Both the position numbers and the translations under genes were made by a program. From NCBI GenBank assembly GCA_963834915.1, contig CAWIDI010000006.1:84444-148443 (forward strand): a stretch of DNA of 64,000 nucleotides, written 5' to 3'. Source of the DNA: an uncultured Chloroflexia bacterium. Its GTDB lineage: Bacteria > Chloroflexota > Limnocylindria > Limnocylindrales > CSP1-4. A model generated the notes under the pieces. The model made no database searches. It was not told where the DNA came from and saw only the letters and a program-made list of their open reading frames with translations. Within the stretch, counting starts at the first letter, position 1; every line of letters starts with the position of its first letter. Positions 37,115 to 46,419 of this stretch are shown here, in pieces.

Positions 37115-38203
37115 ATGCAACCATTTCCTCGGCGACTTGCGACCGGTGTCCCGCGGTGGTACACATCGCCGGTGCCGCCACCCACCAGTCCCCGGACGCC
37201 GGGGCCCCTGGCCAACCTGCCGCGTCCGCTGGATGAGCGCGGGCGCCGCGGTCGGCGCGGGCGGCGGGTCGCCAGCGTGCTGGCCATCGCAATGCTCGTG
37301 GGGACCACCGCGGTCCTGGCGCGCGCCCTCGTCCCGGCGGTGATGTCGCCGGTCGCCGAGGTCGCCGGTGCCGCAGCGACGGCCCGGCCGGATGCCGCCG
37401 CGGGGAACCGGACGCCGCTCCCGTCGTCAGAGCCCGCCACTTCGGCGCCGCCGTCCGGGGTCCCCTCAGCGGACCCGTCCGCCGCGCCGTCCGTCCCGCC
37501 GACGCTGCCGCCGACCGGTCCGCACGCGTCGCCCCCGGCCGCGGTCACCGCCCAGGACCGGCCTGACGGCTACCGTGCCCCGGTCGTCATGCCGATGGCA
37601 CCGGCCCTCCTGACCGGCTACCGCTGGCCACTCGCCCATGGCCGGATCACGCTGCCGTTCGGCCCGACTGCGTGGGGCACGCGCGTCGTCGACGGCAAGC
37701 TGTTCCACGACGGCATCGACCTCGCGACCTTCTGCGGCGACCGCGTCGTGGCGGCCCATGCCGGCCGGGTCCTCGTCGTCGGCCGCCATTTCGACGACGA
37801 CATGGGCTGGGTGGGGGACCTCCAGCCCTACTACGACCGCCTCGACCAGAAGCACCTCTGGTATGAGCTGCCGATCGTCGTGATCATCGCGGACGGCAAC
37901 GGCTACCGGAGCATCTACGCCCACTTCAGCGACGTCGCGGTCAAGCGCGGCCAGGTGGTCAAGGCCGGCCAGTTCCTGGGGCACGAGGGCCGGACCGGCC
38001 GGGCGACCGGCTGCCACGTCCACTACGGCCTGTTCAGCCCACTCGAGACCGCGAGCTTCAAGGTGGAACCGGCGGTGGTCAGGCGGATGAAGGTCCCGAG
38101 CCGCCAGACCGCGCGGGTCGACCCGCTGCTGGTCCTCCCGGACCGCGCCACGCCGCCCGCCTCCTCGGCCTCACCCGGGACCGACCAGCCGATCTCGCCC
38201 TGA
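37115..38203 (+). CDS. M23-family metallopeptidase (membrane-anchored, Pro/Ala-rich linker)
   Basis: Last 362 codons of track ORF 36014..38203. TM anchor VASVLAIAMLVGTTAVLA, HDGIDL (HxxxD), HVHYG (HxH). Confidence 0.85.
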   Translation: MQPFPRRLATGVPRWYTSPVPPPTSPRTPGPLANLPRPLDERGRRGRRGRRVASVLAIAMLVGTTAVLARALVPAVMSPVAEVAGAAATARPDAAAGNRTPLPSSEPATSAPPSGVPSADPSAAPSVPPTLPPTGPHASPPAAVTAQDRPDGYRAPVVMPMAPALLTGYRWPLAHGRITLPFGPTAWGTRVVDGKLFHDGIDLATFCGDRVVAAHAGRVLVVGRHFDDDMGWVGDLQPYYDRLDQKHLWYELPIVVIIADGNGYRSIYAHFSDVAVKRGQVVKAGQFLGHEGRTGRATGCHVHYGLFSPLETASFKVEPAVVRRMKVPSRQTARVDPLLVLPDRATPPASSASPGTDQPISP

Positions 38204-39610
38204 TCAGCCGGCCGCTTGGCGCCGATATCGTCGGGCGATGAGCCAGTACGGCGGGATCGAGCCGAGCGCGACCTCGAGCGGGATCGTCTCACCGTCGCGC
38301 CCCTCGATCGCCAGTGCGCGACCGGCGGCCTCCGCGTCGGCGGGTCGGGCATCCACCTCGGCCAGGTCGATCGCGACCCGGCCCGGCTCGGGCGGCCCCA
38401 GCGCGGCGATCCGGTCGTCGGGCCGCCCGCCCGATCCGTACTGCGCCCGGAACTCGGCCTCGGCGCGCCAGGTCGGCCGGCGCAGCAGGATCGCGCGCCA
38501 CGCATCGGCGACGGCCCGCGTCACGGTGCCGTCGCCGGCGGCCGGGCGATGCGCGAGTGATTCCCCGCGTGCCCATCGCGCGGCCTGGTGGAGGAGCGCG
38601 TACTCGTCGAGGTCGGCGTAGGCGCCGAGGTGGTCGGCCGGGGACTCGTCTCCGAAGATCGCCCGGACGGACGGCCCGAAGACATCCCGCAGGTCCAGGT
38701 CGATGGCACGGACCGTGCGGTGGTAGTAGACCTGCTGGTAGATGAACCGGCGAGCCGTGAGGAACATCTCGAGCGCCCCGATCCCGGAGCCATAGAGCGT
38801 CAGCCCGCGGTCCGAGATGAAGGCGTAGCGGCGCAGCCGCTCGACATCGACCGGCCCGATGGCGACCCCGGTCAGGTACGCGTCGCGGCGGACGAAATCG
38901 AGATTGTCGACCGTGAAGACTCCCGACAGCAGCGGCTGGAGCCAGCGGACCCAGCGCGGCATCCCGGCGTCGGCGAGGGCCGGCTTGGAGATGAGGAACG
39001 CCACCCAGCGCGGATCGACCGACTCTCCGGTCGCGAAGCCGTCCCGCTCGGCGACCGCACCCGGCGCCCGGCGGAGGCCGCGCAGCAGCGGCCCCAGCTC
39101 GTCCTCGATGATCCGCCCCGACAGGTCCTCGTGGGTCAGGCGCTTGGCCCCTGGCCGTCGTGGATCGGACGGGGCCTCGAACCCGGCCAGCACGTGGTCG
39201 TCGAAGAAGTGGGCGAATGGCCCGTGGCCGACGTCGTGGAGGAGGCCGGCCATGCGCAGCGTCTCGACGACGAGCCCTTCCGACGGGATCGGTTCGCCGG
39301 CGTCGGCCAGCGCGGTGCGCAGGCTCGGGTAGAGGGCGCGGGCCCAGAGACCGGCTTCGTGCATGACCCCGAGCCCGTGCGTGAAGCGCGAATGCTCGGC
39401 CGTCGGGAAGACCCAACGGGCGCTTTGGAGCTGGCTGATGCGACGGAGCCGCTGGACCCAGGCGGAGTCCAGGAGGTCCTCTTCGGCGGTCTCTTCGTCC
39501 GGCAGCCCCGCAGCCGCCGACTCGTCATGGGCCAGTCGCTTGGTCAGCTCCACGTATCCGTGGATCGGATCGCTGATGAGGTTGACCGCGGCGAACGGCT
39601 GCCGGCGCAC
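38204..39610 (-). CDS. HD-domain phosphohydrolase (SAMHD1/EF1143-like, COG1078 type)
   Basis: GTG 39610. ISDPIHGYVEL, HSRFTHGLGV, LLHDVGHGPFAHFFD, VDNLDFVRRDAYLTG. Confidence 0.8.
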   Translation of the reverse strand: MRRQPFAAVNLISDPIHGYVELTKRLAHDESAAAGLPDEETAEEDLLDSAWVQRLRRISQLQSARWVFPTAEHSRFTHGLGVMHEAGLWARALYPSLRTALADAGEPIPSEGLVVETLRMAGLLHDVGHGPFAHFFDDHVLAGFEAPSDPRRPGAKRLTHEDLSGRIIEDELGPLLRGLRRAPGAVAERDGFATGESVDPRWVAFLISKPALADAGMPRWVRWLQPLLSGVFTVDNLDFVRRDAYLTGVAIGPVDVERLRRYAFISDRGLTLYGSGIGALEMFLTARRFIYQQVYYHRTVRAIDLDLRDVFGPSVRAIFGDESPADHLGAYADLDEYALLHQAARWARGESLAHRPAAGDGTVTRAVADAWRAILLRRPTWRAEAEFRAQYGSGGRPDDRIAALGPPEPGRVAIDLAEVDARPADAEAAGRALAIEGRDGETIPLEVALGSIPPYWLIARRYRRQAAG

Positions 39611-39615
39611 GTTCG

Positions 39616-40383
39616 TCAGGGCATCCAGATCCGCAGCTCGGAGGACCAGGGTCCGACATTCCCGTTCCTGTCGGTGGCGCGGACGCGCAGGCCGTACCAG
39701 TGACCCGTGGCGACGGCGACCGTCCTCGACGTCGTCGTCGTCCGCGGGCGGACCGAGGCCCACGCGCCGTTGTCGCGGCGTGCCTCCACCCGGAACGTGG
39801 CCAGCCCGGAGGTATGCGTCTGGAGCGGCAGGTCGGCGCCGCTCCATCGCCAGGTCACGGCATGGCCGGACCGCGAGACGTCGACCAGCGATGCCCGCGG
39901 CCGCGAGATGTCGCGCGCCTCGGTGAAGACGATCGACCCGAAGGTCTGGCCGGTGCTCGAGCGGAACGCGAGGCCGATGCCGACGTAGTTGTAGCGGGAG
40001 CTCATCATCAGCGCCCAGTGGTCGGGACTCGCCCGCCAGAGGCTGAACAACTCGTTGGTCGACGCGATGCCCCGCTCGGCGGTGCTGTAGCCGATGTCCT
40101 CGCCGTAGGCGTAGCGCTGGATGTGGCGCGCGCTGAGGGAGCTGCCCAGACTGCCGGCCACGATGTGGCTCATCACCCCGGTGCTGGCCATCCGCGTCGC
40201 GCGGTCGCCCGCGAGATCCCACAGGCGCGTGTCGCTGTACAAGGGTCTGAGACCGCGGGCGGCGCGCTCTTCGTTGATCTGGGCGAGGATCCGGCGCTCC
40301 TGGCTATCGGTCGACGTGGCCGTCGCTGGGGCGACGACGGCGAGCAGGGCGAGCAACGCCAGGCACGTGGCGAGCCGTCTCAC
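39616..40383 (-). CDS. Secreted CAP/SCP-domain protein with C-terminal beta-sandwich domain
   Basis: GTG 40383 with GGAGGTGG 6-8 nt upstream. Signal peptide RRLATCLALLALLAVVAPATA. ..ILAQINEERAARGLRPL..SPDHWALMMSSRYNYVGIGL.. Confidence 0.75.
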   Translation of the reverse strand: MRRLATCLALLALLAVVAPATATSTDSQERRILAQINEERAARGLRPLYSDTRLWDLAGDRATRMASTGVMSHIVAGSLGSSLSARHIQRYAYGEDIGYSTAERGIASTNELFSLWRASPDHWALMMSSRYNYVGIGLAFRSSTGQTFGSIVFTEARDISRPRASLVDVSRSGHAVTWRWSGADLPLQTHTSGLATFRVEARRDNGAWASVRPRTTTTSRTVAVATGHWYGLRVRATDRNGNVGPWSSELRIWMP

Positions 40384-41389
40384 GATATTCCACCTCCGCG
40401 TAGTGCTCTGCAGCCCGCCGGTGGGTCGCCGCGACGTCATCGCGGAGGCCCGGGGGTGCGAGGACCTCCACCTCGTCGCCCCACGACAGGATCCAGAGCC
40501 GGACTTCGATGGTTCCGGCAACGGTCGCCCGCCATTCGAGCGACCCATCGGCTGCGACATCCACACGCTGGGTGGGATGCCAGGTGGTCTCCTGGACGCG
40601 GGCTGCGACGTTCGGGGTGAATCGCAGGATCACGTCCACGGGCGCCTGGTCAGCGATGATGTCCCAGGCCCGCCGGAGTTCCGACTCGATGGTACCCGAC
40701 TCTGGCGGATCGAATCGCCGCGGCGTGACAGCCACGTCCCGGATGCGCTCGATCTTGAAGGTCCGCAGGGCGTCGCGCGTCTCGTCCCAGCCGATCAGGT
40801 AGAGGGCGTGCGTCTGGAGCGACGGCTCGATCAGGTATGGCCGGACGACGGCGCGCCGCGCGGCCGCATCCGGCGCGTAGCGGGCCGGCTCGTAGTCGAT
40901 CGTCACCACGCGGCGGTCCGCCCACGCCTTGGTCAGCTGGCGCACGTGGGCGTTGAAGCGCTCGTCGCGCGGCGCCTTCGACAGGACGTCGATGGTGCCC
41001 TCGACGTGCTCGGCCAGCGCCGCCGGCAGGACCTGGGCGAGCTTCTCGAAGGCGCCGGCGAGGTCCGGGTCGTACTTGTCCGCGTAGCGCACCATCAGCC
41101 GAGCGGACAGGACGACCGCCATCGCCTCCTGCTGGGTCAGCTTGAGCGGCGGGAGGAACGCACGCTCCTGGTCGACGCCCCAGCGACCGTCCTCCGACCA
41201 CAGCGGGACGTCGAGCTCGCCCTCGATGGCGCGCAGGTCGCGGTAGGCCGTCCGCACCGACATGCCCACCCGCTTGGCGATGTCCGGCGTCCGGATCCCG
41301 TCAGGGTGGGCCTGCAGGATCGCGACCAGCCGCAGCAGGCGCGCCAGGCGATCGCGCTTGGCCGCGTACCGGTCGTCGTCAGGGGTCAT
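40304..41389 (-). CDS. WYL-domain transcriptional regulator (YafY/PafBC-like)
   Basis: N-terminal HTH (LLRLVAILQAHPDGIRTPDIAKRVGMSVRTAYRDLRAIE), WYL region (RPYLIEPSLQTHALYLIGWDETRDALRTFKIERI) and a C-terminal extension domain. Overlaps the CAP gene start by 80 nt. Confidence 0.85.
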   Translation of the reverse strand: MTPDDDRYAAKRDRLARLLRLVAILQAHPDGIRTPDIAKRVGMSVRTAYRDLRAIEGELDVPLWSEDGRWGVDQERAFLPPLKLTQQEAMAVVLSARLMVRYADKYDPDLAGAFEKLAQVLPAALAEHVEGTIDVLSKAPRDERFNAHVRQLTKAWADRRVVTIDYEPARYAPDAAARRAVVRPYLIEPSLQTHALYLIGWDETRDALRTFKIERIRDVAVTPRRFDPPESGTIESELRRAWDIIADQAPVDVILRFTPNVAARVQETTWHPTQRVDVAADGSLEWRATVAGTIEVRLWILSWGDEVEVLAPPGLRDDVAATHRRAAEHYAEVEYRETARHVPGVARPARRRRPSDGHVDR

Positions 41390-41392
41390 GGG

Positions 41393-42571
41393 TCACGGAG
41401 GATAGATGACGTACGCGCCGTCGCGTTCGGTCGCCGTCAGTTTGACGTTGATCGTCGCGAGGATCGCGCCAGCCACGATCTCGATGGCGTCGCCGCTCGC
41501 GCCGCCGACGACCTGGCCCAGCTGGCCGTCCATGAAGATCCAGTAATCCAGCTCCCCGCGCCAGCGATGGAGGTCGGCGTCGCCGACGAGCCAGCGGATC
41601 TGCGGGAATGCGTTCTGGAAGGTCGTCCCGTCGATCGCGACCACGCAGTGCCTCGCCCGGGCGCCCTCGATCACGTCGACGCCGCGGTCCTCGGCCGTCG
41701 TGCGGTTGACGGTGGCCAGGGCCGTGACGATGACCTGGAGGTCGATGGCCTGGGCCTGCACCGACTCGGGCGCGGCGGTCGCCCATGGCCCGCCGGGCGC
41801 GCGGACCCAGGCCTGGTCGCCGAGCCGGATCGCCCCGGCCGTGCCGAAGATGCGATCCGTCGCGACATAGGCGTCCCAGCGGAAGTCGGCACCAGCGCGG
41901 ACGCCGTCGATGTCGACCGAGCCGATCGGACGCAGGTCGACGACGCCGTCGAGCGTCTCGGCCAGCCGGGCGGATGGCCCAGCGAGCAGGGGACCGTCGC
42001 ACAGCGGCGGCTGCCCGGTCGGGTCCGTCGGGCCGTACGGCGAGGTCGCCGGGACGGTCTCGCGGATCGCGTACGCATTGGCCAGCGTCGCGCCGGCGAA
42101 GACGGTCGCCGACAGGACGGTCAGGGCCGCGCCGATCAGGACCCCGTCGGTGAACCGCCGACGCCGGTGGGCGCCTCCCCCGCGCAGCCGGCGGGCGATG
42201 CCAAGGCCGCTGAAGAGGCTGGTCGCCGCGAGGGCGAGGAGCCATGGGTAGGCGGCCTCGAGCGATGGCACCAGCGTCCGTGACCCTGACGCCTGGAGCT
42301 GCTCGACCACCCCCATGATCGAGGGCACGAGGCAGAGCATGGCGATGATCCCCAGCCAGACCATCAGCGGGAAGGCGCGGGTCCCCCGGGCGACCGGCGG
42401 CCAGACGAGCCCCGCGACCGCGACCGCGACCGGCGCGAGCATGGTCAGCCCGACGACCAGGTCGAGCGGGCCGCCGGGCCGGTAGCCCACGAGCACGAGG
42501 ATCGCGCTGACCGTCCAGCCGAGGACGAGCGCGGCCCCCACCACCCGCAGCTCGAACCGTCGGACCCGCAT
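41393..42571 (-). CDS. Hypothetical membrane protein (about 5 N-terminal TM helices + extracytoplasmic domain)
   Basis: From internal ATG 42571 (MRVRRFELRVVGAALVLGW..). The C-terminal ~230 aa are soluble and no family was recognised. Stops 3 nt before the WYL gene start. Confidence 0.6.
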   Translation of the reverse strand: MRVRRFELRVVGAALVLGWTVSAILVLVGYRPGGPLDLVVGLTMLAPVAVAVAGLVWPPVARGTRAFPLMVWLGIIAMLCLVPSIMGVVEQLQASGSRTLVPSLEAAYPWLLALAATSLFSGLGIARRLRGGGAHRRRRFTDGVLIGAALTVLSATVFAGATLANAYAIRETVPATSPYGPTDPTGQPPLCDGPLLAGPSARLAETLDGVVDLRPIGSVDIDGVRAGADFRWDAYVATDRIFGTAGAIRLGDQAWVRAPGGPWATAAPESVQAQAIDLQVIVTALATVNRTTAEDRGVDVIEGARARHCVVAIDGTTFQNAFPQIRWLVGDADLHRWRGELDYWIFMDGQLGQVVGGASGDAIEIVAGAILATINVKLTATERDGAYVIYPP

Positions 42572-42739
42572 GCGCCCGAGTCTAGCGAACCCCCGTCCGT
42601 GGCCCGTCCGCACCACCGGAAGTACCGGGGTGCCCCGGACGGCCGGGTCATCGCTGGGGGCACCCGGTTGTCGTGGACTTGGACCACCGCACGGACCGAC
42701 CGGGCGGACAGGGATCGAGGGATCGAGGACACGTGGGTC

Positions 42740-43099
42740 ATGGCCGGACAGGAACCTCGCGGGTCACGGGGACGCGGGCGACCGTCTCGCCGCGCCTCGT
42801 CCTGGGCAGCCCCCGTGGCGCCCTCCGAGGTCGCGCCTGGGGCCGTCTCCACCCGGCCCCGATCGACCCCGGCTCGACTCCCGGAGGCGAGCCTGGCACC
42901 GCGCCCGACCTTCCGGAGCCTGATCAGCCGGGGCCTCACGCCTGAGGAGGCCGCGACGCTGACGGCCTACCTGGCGGGGATCCCCATCGCCGATGCGCAC
43001 TGGTCCCTGCGCCAGGTCAACGATCTGCTCTTCCTTCGCGAGCTCCAGCGGACCGGCCGGTTCGGACCGGCAGACGGGCGGACCCACCGGACGCCCTGA
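42740..43099 (+). CDS. Hypothetical protein
   Basis: Internal ATG of ORF 42599..43099. The N-terminus is Arg/Pro-rich and the C-terminus is better structured (TFRSLISRGLTPEEAATLTAYLAGIP..WSLRQVNDLLFLRELQRTGRFG). Confidence 0.4.
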   Translation: MAGQEPRGSRGRGRPSRRASSWAAPVAPSEVAPGAVSTRPRSTPARLPEASLAPRPTFRSLISRGLTPEEAATLTAYLAGIPIADAHWSLRQVNDLLFLRELQRTGRFGPADGRTHRTP

Positions 43100-43159
43100 C
43101 CTCGAATTCCTCCCGGCCTTGGCGGCGATCCCTCCTCCCGTCGTCACGGCCGAACCGTC

Positions 43160-43193
43160 GAAGCGGCGCCGAGCCTCCTCCCGGCGCCGCTTC
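43160..43193. terminator. Bidirectional GC-rich hairpin between convergent genes
   Basis: Perfect 12-bp inverted repeat GAAGCGGCGCCG-10 nt-CGGCGCCGCTTC. A second 8-bp stem (GTCGCGCG..CGCGCGAC) follows. Confidence 0.5.
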
Positions 43194-43261
43194 GGCACGT
43201 TCGGGACCGGTCGCGCGGCGAGGGTCGCGCGACGCAGGACCCCCGCCCGACGCCTCTGAGC

Positions 43262-43753
43262 TCAGCCCGGCGGCGACGCGGTGGGCGGCGCGCTCGGCGG
43301 TCCCGGGGTCGGCTTCGGTGTCGGCTTCGGCGTCAGGGTCGGCAGGTTCTCCGGGTCGACCTCCTCGCCGGGCAGGAGGAGCAGCGTCCAGCCGACCTCC
43401 AGGCGGTCCGGCTGGTACTTGGCGGACTCCGGGTCGAGCGACGGGTAGGTCACTCGGTTCCAGTAGGCGATGCTCCGGCCGCTCGTGTGGAACCGCCTGG
43501 CGATCCCGACCAGGGTGTCTCCCCGCGCGACCGTGTAGACCGCGAAGGTCGGCTCGGGTGTCGGGGTCGGCCGGATGAACGAGAGCGTCGGCGTGGGACC
43601 GGGCGGCGTCGGCACGGCGGTCGGCGCCGGTGTCTCGAGGGCCGCATCGGTGCCGCTCGCGGGCGCCTGGCCGGGCGGGTTCGGCACGCAGCCGAGCAGG
43701 GCGAGCGCGACGAACAATGGCGCGTGGAACGTGCGGACGCGCATCTCGGCCAT
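43262..43753 (-). CDS. LysM-domain lipoprotein
   Basis: Lipobox ALALLGC. LysM motif YTVARGDTLVGIARRFHTSGRSIAYWN. Pro/Thr-rich linkers. Confidence 0.8.
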   Translation of the reverse strand: MAEMRVRTFHAPLFVALALLGCVPNPPGQAPASGTDAALETPAPTAVPTPPGPTPTLSFIRPTPTPEPTFAVYTVARGDTLVGIARRFHTSGRSIAYWNRVTYPSLDPESAKYQPDRLEVGWTLLLLPGEEVDPENLPTLTPKPTPKPTPGPPSAPPTASPPG

Positions 43754-43761
43754 ATGGTGCC

Positions 43762-44130
43762 CTATCCCCGTCGCGGGACGTCTCCGGCTATTCGGCCCGG
43801 CTCGGGGAGTCGACCGGTGTGGGCTCCTGGAGCGAGACCGGCGGCCTGGGCCAGGCCGTCGGCGGCGGTGGCGATCTGGTCGCGACCCCCGCGCTTGGCT
43901 ACGAAACAGGCGCGGTCCGCGGCGAGGAGCACGGTCGAGGCGGTCGTGCCGTCGACCGGGAAGGTCGCCACGCCGATCGACGCACTCACCCCGCCGCCGG
44001 CTTCCCGGATGGCTTGGCGCGTGCGCTCGGCCACCAGCATCGCCCCCGCCGCGTCGGTGCCTGGGAGGAGGATCGAGAACTCGTCACCGCCGTAGCGGAA
44101 CGACTGGTCGCTGTCGCGGCCGGTCCGTCC
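43762..44130 (-). pseudogene. C-terminal fragment of a GGDEF diguanylate cyclase domain
   Basis: GRTGRDSDQSFRYGGDEFSILLPGTDAAGAMLVAERTRQAIRE..SASIGVATFPVDG..LLAADRACFVAKRGGRD. No sensor or N-terminal half is present. An in-frame TAA (44131-44133) lies directly upstream. Confidence 0.7.
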
Positions 44131-45741
44131 TTAGGACGGATCGAACACCTCGTCGGCGCGCCTGACGCCCGCGTCAGCTTCGCGGCCGCGTACGCTCGGA
44201 CCGCGTCGCCGTTGGTCACGATCAACGCGCCGTTGGACCAGATCGGGGTGCTGAAGCCGGCGAACTCGCCGACGTCGTGCAGCGGGGGCGTACGAGTGGC
44301 CGTCGGTACCGGTCAAGAGGACGGCGTTGAACGTGTCGTCCCAGTCGGTGGTCTGGCACGCGATGAGCGAATCCTGGCCGTTCAGCGAGCACGCGCCGAG
44401 CACGCGTCGCGGGTTGGCGACCTCCACAGGGGCTTCGGCGTGGTGCCGAGAGGTCAGGCCGGTGGCGGGATCGAGCTTGCGGGTCGCGCTCGGGCTCGCG
44501 GTCCCGCCCGACGGGACGCAGAGCGGCCAGGAGTATCCGGACGACGAGGTCTGGGTGGTCTTGGTCCAGCTGCCGTCGCGATGGTGTCGTTGCCGGTGAC
44601 GTAGAGGTACCGTCCGTCCCAGATGCCACCGCTGAGGCGGACAGCTCTCCGTAGGGTGTGCCCAGGCCGACGTGGACGGCCCACACCGGCCTCATGGTGT
44701 CGGTTCTGATCGCGTAGAAGTTGCCGTCCTTGTTGCAGGCGCCGGCCATCTCCGCGCTGGTCCCGCCGAGGGGGCCCGGAACATCACCGCGCCCGATGCC
44801 CAATCCGGGTCGCCGACATTCGCCGGCTTCGGCGCGGCGAACTTGCCGGTCTTCGCGAGCGTCGTCGGGTCGAGCTTGATCATCGAGTACTGGTCGAAGT
44901 TGTTGTTGTCGAGCGGGGGGTGCGCCGCGTTCGTGTCGTCGTAGGTGCTCCCGGTCGTGACGTAGACCCCACTCGACAGCACGGCCGGCGCCGTCGTCCA
45001 CACCCCGCCCCCGACGTAGAGGTTCGTCGGCGGCACCGGGCGGTGCTGGGCGTAGTACGGGTCGACCTGATTCGGCATCGTCGAGTAGCTCGCCCGCGAG
45101 CGCGCCCGTCTTCATGTCGTACGCCTTCACGCCACTGGGCACGAACGGCGCGTCGCAGTACGAGCTGATCCCGATGTACACCAGCCCGGTCTCGTCGCTG
45201 TAGCTCGGCGAGGACCAGCTGAAGTAGTCGTTCTGGTTGTCGGCCGGGAGCGCGTACACCTGGCTCGACCAGAGCACCGAGCCGTTCCTCCCATCCAGCT
45301 CCTGCAGGGTGCCCTGCGGCGTGTAGACGTACAAGAACGGGTTCCCGTCGGCGTCCTCCCGTACGGCCGGTGTGCTCACCAGCCCGACCGGGTTCCGAGG
45401 GCACGCCGCCTGGCACCGACGCCGTAGTCTGCGGGACCAGGCCACGGATGGAGCTCCGTTGACGATCTTGCTCGTGTCGAGGGCGTAGAGCACGCCGTCA
45501 CCGCCGGCCAGGTAGACGTATCGACCGGACGTGACCGGCGTCGACTGGATCGCGTAGCCGGGATGGAAGCGCCACGCCTGCTTGAGGTTCGCGAGCTGGT
45601 CGGGGCCGAAGCCCGGATCGACCGCTCGGCCCCCGTTGCGGCACCGGAGTGGATGAACGACCAGTCACACCCGCTCAGGCTGAGGGCGACGAGGAAGATC
45701 AGGACGATCCGCGCGACGTTGCGCCGCCGATTGTCGGTCAT
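44131..45741 (-). pseudogene. PQQ/BamB-like beta-propeller lipoprotein, many frame breaks
   Basis: MTDNRRRNVARIVLIFLVALSLSGC (lipobox), then blades spread over at least 6 frame segments: GFGPDQLANLKQAWRFHPGYAIQSTPVTSGRYVYLAGGDGVLYALD.. / ..LYVYTPQGTLQELDGRNGSVLWSS.. / ..VYVTTGSTYDD.. / ..NKDGNFYAIRTDTMRPVWAV.. / ..GGIWDGRYLYVTGNDT.. / ..STPIWSNGALIVTNGDAVRAY. Confidence 0.65.
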
Positions 45742-45867
45742 GTCCGCGCTCCCTTGGCGTCGGTCCCCGCCGCCCATGATGTTCGCGTATCGGACGGCCC
45801 AAACGCAGTCATCCGGGTCAGGTCCGGGGTCCGCGGCGCATCGGGGGACGCCTTCTAGCGTGAAGCG

Positions 45868-46419
45868 ATGCCCGACCGGCCCCGAATCATCCGACTCGAG
45901 CTGGCCCGCGCGACCGACATGTTCGAGACCCCGGTGCTCGAGCTCGGCTCCGAGCTCGGCGGCACGATCGCCGGGGTGGAGTGGGTCCTCGGGGAGCTCA
46001 CGGCCGATCCGGCCAAGGGCCCCGTGCAGCTCGAGGTGGTCCTGCCGCCGGCCGAGATGACGCCCGACGTGGGCGAGAAGCTGGGCGTCAGCCTGCGGCG
46101 ATACTGCGAGGACCACCGGCGCCAGAACGAGAACGAGGTGCGCGCGATGAAGCGCACCGGTTGGCGAGCCCTGCGGATCGGCTTCCCGATCACGCTGCTC
46201 GGTCTGGTGATCGTGGGGATCACCGGGCAGTTGGGCCCCACCAACGACCCGGGCCAGGACATCGTCGAGATCGTGGGCTGGGTCCTCGCCTGGCTCGGCC
46301 TCTGGTACCCGTTCGACAAGGTGTTGTTCTACCCACTCGACCTCGTGCACGAGAACCGCGTGCTGGTGCAGCTGCGCGACGCCCGCATCACGATCGACGA
46401 GCTACCGGTCAGGCGTTGA
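45868..46419 (+). CDS. Hypothetical membrane protein
   Basis: 183 aa intact ORF with two TM helices (ALRIGFPITLLGLVIVGITG, IVGWVLAWLGLWYPF). No family recognised. Confidence 0.55.
   Translation: MPDRPRIIRLELARATDMFETPVLELGSELGGTIAGVEWVLGELTADPAKGPVQLEVVLPPAEMTPDVGEKLGVSLRRYCEDHRRQNENEVRAMKRTGWRALRIGFPITLLGLVIVGITGQLGPTNDPGQDIVEIVGWVLAWLGLWYPFDKVLFYPLDLVHENRVLVQLRDARITIDELPVRR

Noticed and set aside
38204-40222. 672-aa version of the HD protein
   Set aside because: The upstream 204 codons overlap the CAP gene in another frame and are Arg/Pro-rich. The conserved HD protein starts at GTG 39610.
40121-42283. 720-aa plus-strand ORF
   Set aside because: Antisense shadow of the CAP, WYL and membrane-protein genes.
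43986-44427. The region upstream of the TAA as the missing N-terminal half of the GGDEF domain
   Set aside because: ADEVF sits at about the right distance from RYGGDEF. The best reading of this stretch (..STPIWSNGALIVTNGDAVRAY..) fits the last blade of the beta-propeller instead. It remains unresolved without sequence correction.
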